Assembly: GCA_938091905.1 (NCBI GenBank)
Contig: CALKOM010000054.1
Location: 1-23,246 of the forward strand
Direction of reading: 5' to 3'
Length of the DNA stretch: 23,246 nucleotides
Origin: an uncultured Verrucomicrobiales bacterium
GTDB taxonomy: Bacteria; Verrucomicrobiota; Verrucomicrobiia; Verrucomicrobiales; DEV007
The notes below the pieces were generated by a model. It ran no database searches. It had not been told where the DNA came from and saw only the letters and a list, made by a program, of their open reading frames with translations. Numbering within the stretch: the stretch's first letter is position 1; each line of letters starts with the position of its first letter. The translations under genes were made by a program, and so were the position numbers. This document shows positions 9,626-18,992 of this stretch, piece by piece.

Positions 9626-10666
9626 TCACAGCCGGACAGCGGTCATGAACCCGCGATCCGCCAACGTCTCCTGATAAGGACCCACCCGGAACCCGGATTC
9701 CTCCAAAAGAGCACCGTATTCCAAAGGCGTGTAGCACTTGCCCTGCGTCACCTGCATCAGAAGCGCTGAATACGCCGCCGCCGGAATCGATCCCGTCTTG
9801 GCCTCATTGATGAACACCTCGTGAATGATGACCAGCCCACCTGGAGCAAGCGATTCAGCTGATCGCTTCAAAATCGCCCGCACCTCAGGCACGTCCCAAT
9901 CATGCAACACATTGGACAGCAAATGCACATCCGCGCTAGGCCACGAATTCTCAAATAGGTTCGCCGTGACAACCTGGACACGATCCTTGAGGCCATGTCG
10001 GTCTAGAGTTTTTAAAGCAATCGCATCAACCGGAGCTTGCTCCATCACGACTCCACGAAGCTTCGGATAGGCTGCCAACAACGTCGCCGTATAGATGCCC
10101 GATCCACCGCCAACATCCAAGACCTGTTGCCGTCCTTCTATGAATGGCCCTACAGCTCTAGCCAAGGCCTGACCCAAGGCGAGCCCACGGCAATCCATCG
10201 CTGCGGTGAAGCCCTGGGCAAAGTGCTCGTCATGCATCGCTTCATGCCAATCGCCCTGATCTTCTAACGATGCCCAACTGGCTGGCTTGCCCGTCTTGAA
10301 GACCTCCAAATAATCCAGGGTGACGGGGCGATCCTTCATCGAATCGTAGTAGGCTCCAAGAAAGAATGGAGACTCGCGAACCAAGTGTTCTTGAGCCGTC
10401 GCAGACACCTGGTGACGACCTTCTGCATCCGTCAGGACGAAGCCATAGGCACGACACAGCGTTAGAAGAACATCGACCGGACGCGCAACAAACCCAAACT
10501 GCTCACAGATATCCGCATCGGCAACACGCGGATTCGCAGCAAGCCAGGTGAAGAAATCGATGTGCGAGATTGCCGCCGACATGAGATCTGCCGCATACAA
10601 TCCATCCCGCAATTGCAAGACTGCGATTGGGTCTGTTTCGGGTGGTTGCGTCAGAAAAGGATTCAT
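9626..10666 (-). CDS. SAM-dependent O-methyltransferase (methyltransferase family 2 with N-terminal dimerisation domain)
   Basis: VLDVGGGSG motif I, LSNVLHDW, LAPGGLVIIHE; 346 aa. ATGA overlap with the upstream gene. Confidence 0.88.
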   Translation of the reverse strand: MNPFLTQPPETDPIAVLQLRDGLYAADLMSAAISHIDFFTWLAANPRVADADICEQFGFVARPVDVLLTLCRAYGFVLTDAEGRHQVSATAQEHLVRESPFFLGAYYDSMKDRPVTLDYLEVFKTGKPASWASLEDQGDWHEAMHDEHFAQGFTAAMDCRGLALGQALARAVGPFIEGRQQVLDVGGGSGIYTATLLAAYPKLRGVVMEQAPVDAIALKTLDRHGLKDRVQVVTANLFENSWPSADVHLLSNVLHDWDVPEVRAILKRSAESLAPGGLVIIHEVFINEAKTGSIPAAAYSALLMQVTQGKCYTPLEYGALLEESGFRVGPYQETLADRGFMTAVRL

Positions 10667-11700
10667 TCGTGAATTCGATCCAAAGCGCGCAGACTCGCCT
10701 CACGCAGCCCGGCATCACCTGAAATGTCTATCGAGATCCCGCGCAGCTTATCGACATTTCGAAATTCCTGCTCCCAGAGATCGACGAGCAACGTCTTGGC
10801 AGCAACGCTAAGATCATCAAAGAAATTCCCATACAGGTCACGCTTGGCATCGCGGTCTAACAAAACAAAGAGTTTAGGAGCGATCTCAAGAAGAGCATTC
10901 CCACGGCTGCTGAGTGATTGACGACACAACGCAACTCGCTGCTGCCGATCATGCTTAGCCCATTCATACAAGGCCGCCAAACGCACCGAACCAAGCGCAG
11001 GATTCACAGATAGACGACGCAACATCACTAGGCCCGCTTTGATATCCTCAACATCCCCCTCCAAACCGCGTGCCGCAGCGGCAAGCAGCGCCAGCGAACG
11101 TAATCGATTGTGAGAAGCATCTACCTTGAGCCCTGACAGAGCCGACAAGGCTTCTCGCCCACCGATCTGCCCAAGGGCATGAATCGCGTTGCCTTGGATC
11201 GTCTTGTCACCCAACGATTTCGTAATAGTCGCAATGACAGGCACAGCCTCCACGTCTCGTCGTCGTCCCAGGGTCGCCATGAGCTGACTTTTTAATGCAT
11301 TCTCCACCAGCGGAAGCGCTTCGCGTAGCATAGAATTGATATCTGCAGATTCTTTCTCCTGCAACGCCATGCAGGCCTCCTGGGACAATCGAGGGTCCCG
11401 AATCAATGCGAGCAAGTTCTGAATCCCCTTTGTTCCACCAACGTAGCGCAAGCCTCGACAAGCCAAGATACGCGCATCCGTCGTACTCGCTCGGGAAGTA
11501 AGGACACTGATGAGTGTTCGCTCACCAGCCTCGCGTTCACGCTGCAGTGGATTACGTAACTGCGCTTCGAGGATGTTCCAGGCCACTCTCGAACGTCCAA
11601 ATTCGTAACGGCTCAAACGTTCCACCTCAGTCTGGGCCATGATCGGACTCAACAGTGCCGCAGCCAAAAAGAACCAGGAAAGATTGCGCATCCTAATCAT
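10663..11700 (-). CDS. Exported HEAT/PBS-lyase-like repeat protein
   Basis: Signal-peptide-like N-terminus (MRNLSWFFLAAALLSPIMAQ) and HEAT-like helical repeats (ACRGLRYVGG, ATLGRRRDVEAVPVI, AIHALGQIGGREALSAL). Start is 11700 or 11691. Confidence 0.7.
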   Translation of the reverse strand: MIRMRNLSWFFLAAALLSPIMAQTEVERLSRYEFGRSRVAWNILEAQLRNPLQREREAGERTLISVLTSRASTTDARILACRGLRYVGGTKGIQNLLALIRDPRLSQEACMALQEKESADINSMLREALPLVENALKSQLMATLGRRRDVEAVPVIATITKSLGDKTIQGNAIHALGQIGGREALSALSGLKVDASHNRLRSLALLAAAARGLEGDVEDIKAGLVMLRRLSVNPALGSVRLAALYEWAKHDRQQRVALCRQSLSSRGNALLEIAPKLFVLLDRDAKRDLYGNFFDDLSVAAKTLLVDLWEQEFRNVDKLRGISIDISGDAGLREASLRALDRIHE

Positions 11701-13003
11701 GAAGCATCCAGGGTTCACGCATGGGGATTTCTAACAAATTCGCAGTCATGGGATCTTCAAAAACAGATTCAGTCTTCGGCCTCCACGAAATCGGGCGACC
11801 AGAACTCAAAGCGAGTATGCCCAAATGCCCAATGGAAGCAGCACGCTGCGCTCCCTCACATGGCGCCAGAGTAGGTCGACGCGTTCTCACGGCATCCAAG
11901 AAATCCTGCCAATGATCTTGCCCACGCTCGTTGAATTTCGCCATGGCCCAGGCATCCGCAATGTCCGCGCGTAGAAGGTCATTGGAACTCGCCAGCAACT
12001 GATTCTCATTCACGTAAATCCACCCCTCATCCCCATGCCAACGAATCCCAGGCGCCAGACTGCTACTCACACGCATAGCGAGATCGTTAAAGAAGTAGGC
12101 GTCGACGTCATACTTCACAGGCACATTGTAAATAGGATGCGGCGTGAACTCCCCACTCGCCTCGACCTTAAGAGGACCACCTCGATCCAAACCGAGAGAC
12201 CAAAGAGCGACGTCGACATACTGCCCTATCCACGACATGAGTTGCCCGCCTCCAAAGGCCTGATGCCATCGCCAGTTCTCATGCACGCGTCCAGGATGAT
12301 AGGGAATCCAAGCCGCTGGCCCTAACCAGAAGTCGTAGTTAAGACCTGCAGCGTCTTGAAAAAACGAGCCTTTCGATGCACCTGTCAGATCCACGAAACC
12401 ACCATACGTGCCAACCTCAACCGACCGGGTCACCCCCAAACGTCCACTCGTAATCAACCCGCAAGCCCGTTGAAAGAGCGCATGCGATCGGAGGACATTC
12501 CCTGTTTGCCACACCCTGCCGTAGCGCGTGACCGCATTGCAAAGCGCCCGCCCTTCCACAATACTATGCGCCAGCGGGGTCTCGCCGTAGACATCGATCC
12601 TAGCCTCCGCACACGCAATGCCGATCAGTGCGTGCCAATGATTCGGCACCGCAACAAAAACCGCATCGATGCCGCCAACAGCGATGAGTTCGCGAAAGTC
12701 TTCATAAACATTCGTATCATCACTCTGATAGGCCTCGCCCACCAGCCGCTTCGCCGCATTCCGATGAACCTCATCGACATCTACCAAAGCCACGACGCGC
12801 ACATCTGTCCGCGGCAACAATTTCCTGAGATGCGTTAGTCCCCGCTTTCCCAATCCAATCACCGCGACCTGAAGACGATCATTCGCAGGCTCCTGTCCCT
12901 GCAACTTTGGCAACCAAAGCTGAGGCATCACCGCTCCCGCACCAGCCAGCAAGGTGCGCTGGAGCCATCGTCTTCGGGTCAAAGGAGAGGGTAGGTTCGC
13001 CAT
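11693..13003 (-). CDS. Tat-exported Gfo/Idh/MocA-family oxidoreductase-like protein
   Basis: Twin-arginine leader TRRRWL, Rossmann motif VIGLGKRG, IDAVFVAVPNHWH, YDFWLGPA, WRWHQAFGGG. ATG 13003 chosen as start. Confidence 0.88.
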   Translation of the reverse strand: MANLPSPLTRRRWLQRTLLAGAGAVMPQLWLPKLQGQEPANDRLQVAVIGLGKRGLTHLRKLLPRTDVRVVALVDVDEVHRNAAKRLVGEAYQSDDTNVYEDFRELIAVGGIDAVFVAVPNHWHALIGIACAEARIDVYGETPLAHSIVEGRALCNAVTRYGRVWQTGNVLRSHALFQRACGLITSGRLGVTRSVEVGTYGGFVDLTGASKGSFFQDAAGLNYDFWLGPAAWIPYHPGRVHENWRWHQAFGGGQLMSWIGQYVDVALWSLGLDRGGPLKVEASGEFTPHPIYNVPVKYDVDAYFFNDLAMRVSSSLAPGIRWHGDEGWIYVNENQLLASSNDLLRADIADAWAMAKFNERGQDHWQDFLDAVRTRRPTLAPCEGAQRAASIGHLGILALSSGRPISWRPKTESVFEDPMTANLLEIPMREPWMLHD

Positions 13004-13103
13004 GAGTAATCTGTAGGCACCATGGTCGATCCCTCCTCGCATTTCAAGAGCCCAGAAAAGCGGAAGTCACTTGCCGCCGACTCGAAATCTCCGAGAATAG
13101 GAC

Positions 13104-14582
13104 GTGAACGCCTACCAAGACCTCGTCCAACGCCACGAAGAGATCGCTCTTCTGCAAGCCTGCAACGCCCTCCTCTCCTGGGACCAGGAAACCAACCTTC
13201 CTGCAAAGGGCGTGGCCTACCGAGCACAACAACGGGCCGCGCTCAGCGAGAAAGTGCATGAACTGAAAACCAGCGATGACGTCACGAAGTGGCTAGACGC
13301 TTGTCAGGATGACGCTGACGGCGAGGCGATTGCAAACGTCCAATGGTGGAGACACGCCTACGAACGCGCTCGAAAGATTCCCGCCACCATGGTCGGCGAA
13401 TTCGAAGAAGTCACCAGCCTCGGCCTCGCTGCCTGGCAAGAAGCCCGTGAGAAGAGCGACTACGTAATCTTCCAATCCCATCTCCAAAAGATCGTCGATT
13501 TCAATCGGCAAATGGCCGACCTCTGGGGCTACGAAGACTCGCCGTACGATGCGTTACTCGAAGAATACGAACGTGGTGCCACAGCAAAGAACCTCGCCTC
13601 CCTATTCGCAGACTTAAAGGGTCCGTTAGTCGAACTCGTCGACGCCGCCATTGCCAAGTCCGCCAATCAACCACCACGTTCCCTCCAAGGCAACTATCCG
13701 ATTGAAGCACAACAAGCATTCAATCTAGAAGTCTGTCAGGCTCTTGGCTTTGATCTGGAAGCGGGTAGAATTGACACCGCAGCCCACCCCTTCTGCTCGC
13801 GCCTCGCACCAAACGACACGCGCTTGACCACGCGCTACGACACCAGCGACTTTACCAGCTCGTTCTTCGGCGTACTACACGAAACCGGCCATGGCCTCTA
13901 CGAACAAGGCCTCCCCCAAGACAAACATGCCCTTCCGAGTGGCACCGCCGTTTCCTTAGGCATTCACGAGTCCCAGTCACGCCTCTGGGAAAACCAAATA
14001 GGGCGCAGCCGCGCGTTCTGGGATCACTGGCTTCCCGTTGCTCAGAAACACTTCCCAAGCCTAACGGATTGGACTCCAGAAGACATGACTCGTGCCGTCA
14101 ATCAAGCCGAACGCACCTTTATCCGAGTGGAAGCCGACGAAGTCACCTACGACTTGCACATTCTTCTTAGGTTTGAACTCGAGAAGCAACTCATCGAAGG
14201 CTCGCTCTCCGTAGCCGATCTACCCGAAGCCTGGAACACCGCCTTCGAAGACCTAACCAACCTCACCGTGCCCGATCACGCGAACGGCTGCCTCCAAGAC
14301 ATCCACTGGAGCATGGGAGCCCTCGGCTACTTTCCCACCTACAGCCTAGGCAATCTCAATGCAGCACAACTCCACGCCGCCGCCCTCGACCAAGTGCTGG
14401 GCCTCTCCAACGACCTCGCCAAAGGCAACTATGCCAGTCTCTTGCAATGGCTCCAGACCAACATCCACGCTCACGGCAGTCAGTTGCTCCCCGAAGAACT
14501 CATGACCAAGGCCACTGGTCGCAGCACGGAAATCGCTCCCTATCTCAAACATCTCAGATCACGTTATGTAGACGGATCGTAG
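13104..14582 (+). CDS. Carboxypeptidase M32 (carboxypeptidase Taq family)
   Basis: HPF, HETGH (HEXXH), HESQS, IRVEADE, GCLQDIHWS, GYFPTYSLG. Confidence 0.95.
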   Translation: MNAYQDLVQRHEEIALLQACNALLSWDQETNLPAKGVAYRAQQRAALSEKVHELKTSDDVTKWLDACQDDADGEAIANVQWWRHAYERARKIPATMVGEFEEVTSLGLAAWQEAREKSDYVIFQSHLQKIVDFNRQMADLWGYEDSPYDALLEEYERGATAKNLASLFADLKGPLVELVDAAIAKSANQPPRSLQGNYPIEAQQAFNLEVCQALGFDLEAGRIDTAAHPFCSRLAPNDTRLTTRYDTSDFTSSFFGVLHETGHGLYEQGLPQDKHALPSGTAVSLGIHESQSRLWENQIGRSRAFWDHWLPVAQKHFPSLTDWTPEDMTRAVNQAERTFIRVEADEVTYDLHILLRFELEKQLIEGSLSVADLPEAWNTAFEDLTNLTVPDHANGCLQDIHWSMGALGYFPTYSLGNLNAAQLHAAALDQVLGLSNDLAKGNYASLLQWLQTNIHAHGSQLLPEELMTKATGRSTEIAPYLKHLRSRYVDGS

Positions 14583-14636
14583 GTCCCAAACCGGACTTTG
14601 CCTTGTGCTTCCCGTCACCCGAGGAATGGTGATGCC

Positions 14637-14984
14637 ATGCAAGTCGAGCGAGTTAAATACATCATCTGGGCAGCGGACGTGGATCGAGCCTTACATTTTT
14701 ACACCAACGTGCTTGGCGCCGAGGTCACGCGCAAGACGGATGCGATCAGTGAGATCACCGTATGTGATGCTATCATCGGCATTCATAGCGGCGGCGAAGG
14801 GAAAAAGACGTGGACCGGCATGAGTTTTCAAGTGGCCGACGTAGTCGCAGGTGCTGCAGAAGTCGTTGCTGGTGGCGGGGTGCTTTCGCGAGAACCTCAG
14901 GATGAGGACGGCGAGCCACCGCATTTGGCCATGTGCATGGATCCCGAAGGGAACCAGTTTATGCTCACGCGGAAACGTGGGTAG
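14637..14984 (+). CDS. VOC/glyoxalase/bleomycin-resistance family protein
   Basis: DVDRALHFYTNVLG, SFQVADV, DPEGNQF; 115 aa from ATG 14637. Confidence 0.85.
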   Translation: MQVERVKYIIWAADVDRALHFYTNVLGAEVTRKTDAISEITVCDAIIGIHSGGEGKKTWTGMSFQVADVVAGAAEVVAGGGVLSREPQDEDGEPPHLAMCMDPEGNQFMLTRKRG

Positions 14985-15695
14985 TTAACGCATCCGACGC
15001 GCGTCTTTGACCCGGATGGCCTGCTGATCTCCACCTCTGTCAGGGAGTTCTTTAATCGTCGCGTTTCCCTCGTCATCAAACACCCAGAACTGAGTAGCTC
15101 GGTAGCCGTCTCCTTGTAGGCCTACAACGTAGACGCAATTGCCAATCGGGCCGAACTGGCCAGCAACGGCGGCCAGGCTTGGATCAGTAATCGCGACACA
15201 CGTGGGTTTGTCATTGGCAACCTTGAAGTTGAGACGATCGCTCTTACCAGCGACTTGAAGCTTAGCCAACAAATGCCTATGACCGATAGGCAGCGCTTTG
15301 GGAAACTCTAGGGTGTCTCCTTTCACTGGAATCGCGATCTGCTTCTCACCGCAATCAGGGATCTCTTGAATCTCCACTTTGCCATCCGCTCGAAAGACCC
15401 AGAACTGCGATCTCGTGATGTCTTCTCCTGGCATCGATGCTAAGAACACACCGTTGCCCAATACCTGAAAGCCCACGCGAACGTCTTGCGCAGATTGGTA
15501 GTCGGTCTTCACACAACGACCCGAACCTTGATCGACCTCCAGGTTGAATCGGTGATCCGTTCCCCCAAGCGAAAGAATGGCGAGATAATTGCCATCCGGA
15601 ACGGCGTCCAATTAACGGACGTCAATGCCAGCAAGTTCATCTCCAACGGCAGACGTGATGACCAGAAAAAGGATCACAAGTTGCTTGAAGGTCAT
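14985..15695 (-). pseudogene. Secreted protein with two tandem domains of about 95 aa, interrupted by an in-frame stop
   Basis: ATG 15695 gives MTFKQLVILFLVITSAVGDELAGIDVR, then TAA (15614-15612), then in frame LDAVPDGNY. The two repeats end SQFWVFRADGKVEIQEIPDCGEKQIAIPVK and TQFWVFDDEGNATIKELPDRGGDQQAIRVK. Confidence 0.7.
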
Positions 15696-15734
15696 GGCGA
15701 ACCAACCGTATCGCTAGCTAACCTGCTATGCAAG

Positions 15735-16186
15735 CTAGTTGCTCTTCTCACTCAAATGGCCGATTTCGTCCGGGATATTTGCCCTCGCTGGCGTCTCTAT
15801 ATTGGCGAAAAGCGGTGTTTGATAAATCGTATCCTGGGCAAGGAGTCGCTTCATGATCAGCCGCTCCTCCTCATTAACGAAAGTAAGGTCAAACGAAGAG
15901 CCTGGAAGCTCGCGAAAGAGAATCGCGCTGTCAGATCCATTGCTAGATGACTGGGGATCATAGACCACATCATGAAACCAGATAGCCCAGGCAACGGACT
16001 CCCAATTCTCAACGTCTTGACAGGCATCGCGACGGTCTAGCATATTACTCAATCGCGCCAGGTTGTGGTAGGCACGATGATCTTCCCCGTAGCGAGTGCT
16101 AGCGTCACCCACACATCATCGACAATGCCTGGCTCTATCCCAGACTTTCGATCAAGCTCCTGCAGTGACTATTCCGTAGCGGGCAC
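15735..16186 (-). pseudogene. Degraded HD-superfamily metal-dependent phosphohydrolase (COG4339-like)
   Basis: RYGEDHRAYHNL, AIWFHDVVYDP and IYQT...ARANI motifs. The 5' part lies in other frames (GIEPGIVDDVWVTL). The central DxDLxIL...IRxEY block expected in this family is missing. Confidence 0.7.
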
Positions 16187-16192
16187 GGCGAA

Positions 16193-18871
16193 TTAGCCTA
16201 ACAAACGCTCTGCTTCCGCAATCAATTCCGGTGCTTTGGCTGGATCACTACCAGCACCTCGAGCCATCTCTGGCTTGCCACCACCACGCCCACCAACGAT
16301 CGGGGCAAGCGCCTGAATCAGCTTGCCCGCTTGGAACTCGCTGGTGTGACCCTTGGCGACATAAGCTCCCAAATGGGCCTTATTGCCGTCGTCGACAACA
16401 AACACCCCAACCCCAGCAAATTGACGCTTCTTCAGGCCGTTGAGCATCTCCTGAACAAGTCCCGCATCGCCTTTTAACGACATCACGACGCGCGGTGGCT
16501 GAAGATTTGCGTCGACGGCAAGCGAAATCGCTTCGCCTAACAAACGATCTGCTTCACGAGCAAGCGCGGCATTCCTTTCCTTCACAAGCGCTTTGTTCGA
16601 TTCAAGCAACTTCGCCTCAAGTTCCACAATCGTGGCGTCCTTCGTGGCGAGCTGCTCATTGACATAGGCAACTGCTGCTGCCCCAGTCAAACCCTCGATG
16701 CGACGCACCCCCGAAGCGATGGCGCCTTCAGAACGAATCTTGAATAATCCGATGTCTCCGGTCTGCCCAACGTGCGTGCCCCCGCACAGCTCCATTGAAT
16801 AACCATCGAGTGCCCCCGGTTCGCCGCCGATTTGGACAACCCGCACCTTGTCGCCGTACTTGTCACCAAAGAACTGCATGATATCCGTGCGATCCTTGAT
16901 TTCGCTATGGACCACCTCTTTAGCCGACACCGTGCCGTTCTCAACGATACGTGCGTTCACCGCATCTTCGATTTGGGCGACCTGCTCCTTGCTTAGCCCC
17001 TTGCTGTTGAAGTCAAAACGCAAACGATCCGGCCCAACATACGAACCTTGCTGTGCAATGTCAGGGCTTACGACTTGATGAAGCGCCCAATGCATGAGAT
17101 GGGTCGCCGAGTGATGGGCTTCAACCCCTTGGCGACGAGCTTCGTCAATGCGCAGCTCGACATCGAGGGGCTGGCCATCCTGATAACCCGCAGGACGCTC
17201 CGCAAGATGCAAGGCATGCGCTTCGCCAATTGGATAGACATTGACCACATCAATTTCATCGGCACCACACACAAGCACGCCAAGATCACTTACCTGGCCG
17301 CCTTTCTCTACGTAGAATGGGCTACGATCCACAATCGCGAGACACAGATCGTCTTTCTCATGGATCTCAAGCACTTTAGCAGCATGAGCTCTCTCGTCAA
17401 AACCAGTGAACTCAGTCACGGCAGACGTCTCAATATCGTTCGCACTGATCACCTCTGTCTTACGAGCTCCCGTGCTGATCTCGCGAATCTCGTTCATCAG
17501 CAATTCGACCGCCTTCTCGTCCACAGTCAAGCCGCGCTCTTCTGCCATCAAGTAGGTTAAATCTAACGGAAACCCATACGTATCGTAGAGCTTAGTCGCC
17601 ATTTCAGGTGGGAACGCTTTCTCACCGTCTGGCATCTTCTCCACAGCCGACTCGAATAACTGCAGACCGCGATCAAGCGTGCGATTGAAGCTTCGCTCTT
17701 CCTGATCTAACGTTTCCACGATTCGTTGCTGATGCGTTTCCAACTCAGGGAACGCAGAGCCAAACTCTTTCACCAAGGTCGGCACGAGCGCGCTCAGGAA
17801 GGGTTTCCCATCTTCGCCCAAGCCCAAGGTGCGCCCGAAACGAACGGCTCGCCTGAGAATGCGCCGCAGCACATAATTGCGATCTTTGTTCCCTGGCAGA
17901 ATACCGTCGGCAATCGAGAAACTGAGTGTGCGGATATGATCTCCAATCACGCGGAACGCGACATCAGTCTGCTCCTGTGAAGTCGCCGTTTGGCGTGTTT
18001 CCGGAAGGGTTCCCTCGTAGCTCTTTCCACTGACCTCAGAGAGTTTCTTGAAGAGAGGCGCAAAGACATCCGTATCATAGTTGGAGATACGTTGAGAGAA
18101 ATCGGTGAGACCATTCGTGCATTGCAGAATACTACAAACGCGCTCGAAGCCCATGCCAGTATCCACGTGCGTCGCCGGAAGCGGGCGGAAAGATCCGTCT
18201 GGTTCAGCATTGTATTGGATGAAGACCAAGTTCCAGATCTCGATGCAGAGCGGGTCGTCTGCATTGACTAACTTTCCTCCCGTATCACCCTTCGGCGTGA
18301 GATCGACGTGCAATTCCGAACAAGGGCCGCACGGTCCAGTCTCTCCCATCATCCAGAAATTGTCCGCCTTGTTGCCATCGACAATGTGCTTGTTAGGGTC
18401 TAGCCCTGCTTTTTTGAAGAAGACCTCCCAGAGGGCATAGGCCTCTTCATCGCGTTCACCGGGATCACCCTCTGCTGGTTGGTAGATGGTCGCATAGAGA
18501 CGCTCCGCGGGAAACTTCCACCGCTCGACGATCAATTCCCAAGCCCAGGCGATGGCTTCTTCTTTGAAGTAATCCCCGAAGCTCCAATTCCCCAACATCT
18601 CGAAGAGCGTGTGGTGATAAGTATCGTAACCGACATCCTCGAGGTCGTTGTGTTTGCCGCCAGCGCGAATGCACTTCTGGGTGTCCGTCGCACGCGGCGG
18701 ATCATAGGGCGCCTTCTGCGTTCCAAGGAAATAGGGGACGAACTGATTCATGCCCGCATTCGTGAATAGCAAATTGGGTGAGGACGGCATGAGTGAAGCC
18801 GAGGGCACCACGGTGTGTCGCTTCTCACAGAAGAAATCTAGGAACGATTGGCGGATGGATTGCGAGGTCAT
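16193..18871 (-). CDS. alaS: Alanine--tRNA ligase
   Basis: LLFTNAGMNQF, QKCIRAGGKHNDL, FEMLGNWSFGDYFK, GPCGPCSE, DTGMGFER, editing motifs HSATH and ELCGGTH, GGRGGG. Start at MTSQSIRQSF (18871). Confidence 0.98.
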   Translation of the reverse strand: MTSQSIRQSFLDFFCEKRHTVVPSASLMPSSPNLLFTNAGMNQFVPYFLGTQKAPYDPPRATDTQKCIRAGGKHNDLEDVGYDTYHHTLFEMLGNWSFGDYFKEEAIAWAWELIVERWKFPAERLYATIYQPAEGDPGERDEEAYALWEVFFKKAGLDPNKHIVDGNKADNFWMMGETGPCGPCSELHVDLTPKGDTGGKLVNADDPLCIEIWNLVFIQYNAEPDGSFRPLPATHVDTGMGFERVCSILQCTNGLTDFSQRISNYDTDVFAPLFKKLSEVSGKSYEGTLPETRQTATSQEQTDVAFRVIGDHIRTLSFSIADGILPGNKDRNYVLRRILRRAVRFGRTLGLGEDGKPFLSALVPTLVKEFGSAFPELETHQQRIVETLDQEERSFNRTLDRGLQLFESAVEKMPDGEKAFPPEMATKLYDTYGFPLDLTYLMAEERGLTVDEKAVELLMNEIREISTGARKTEVISANDIETSAVTEFTGFDERAHAAKVLEIHEKDDLCLAIVDRSPFYVEKGGQVSDLGVLVCGADEIDVVNVYPIGEAHALHLAERPAGYQDGQPLDVELRIDEARRQGVEAHHSATHLMHWALHQVVSPDIAQQGSYVGPDRLRFDFNSKGLSKEQVAQIEDAVNARIVENGTVSAKEVVHSEIKDRTDIMQFFGDKYGDKVRVVQIGGEPGALDGYSMELCGGTHVGQTGDIGLFKIRSEGAIASGVRRIEGLTGAAAVAYVNEQLATKDATIVELEAKLLESNKALVKERNAALAREADRLLGEAISLAVDANLQPPRVVMSLKGDAGLVQEMLNGLKKRQFAGVGVFVVDDGNKAHLGAYVAKGHTSEFQAGKLIQALAPIVGGRGGGKPEMARGAGSDPAKAPELIAEAERLLG

Positions 18872-18992
18872 GAGCGTGCGCAGTGAGCCGCCAGAAAGCC
18901 TGTTGGTCAACGTTGGATTAACCTATGGTTGCGCAAATCGGCCTGTTTCATAAGGCTAGGCAGGGTAGGAGATCCGTGCTTCAATCCCATTC

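Noticed and set aside
15486..15950. 154-aa plus-strand ORF
   Set aside because: Antisense to two minus-strand gene remnants and has no motifs.
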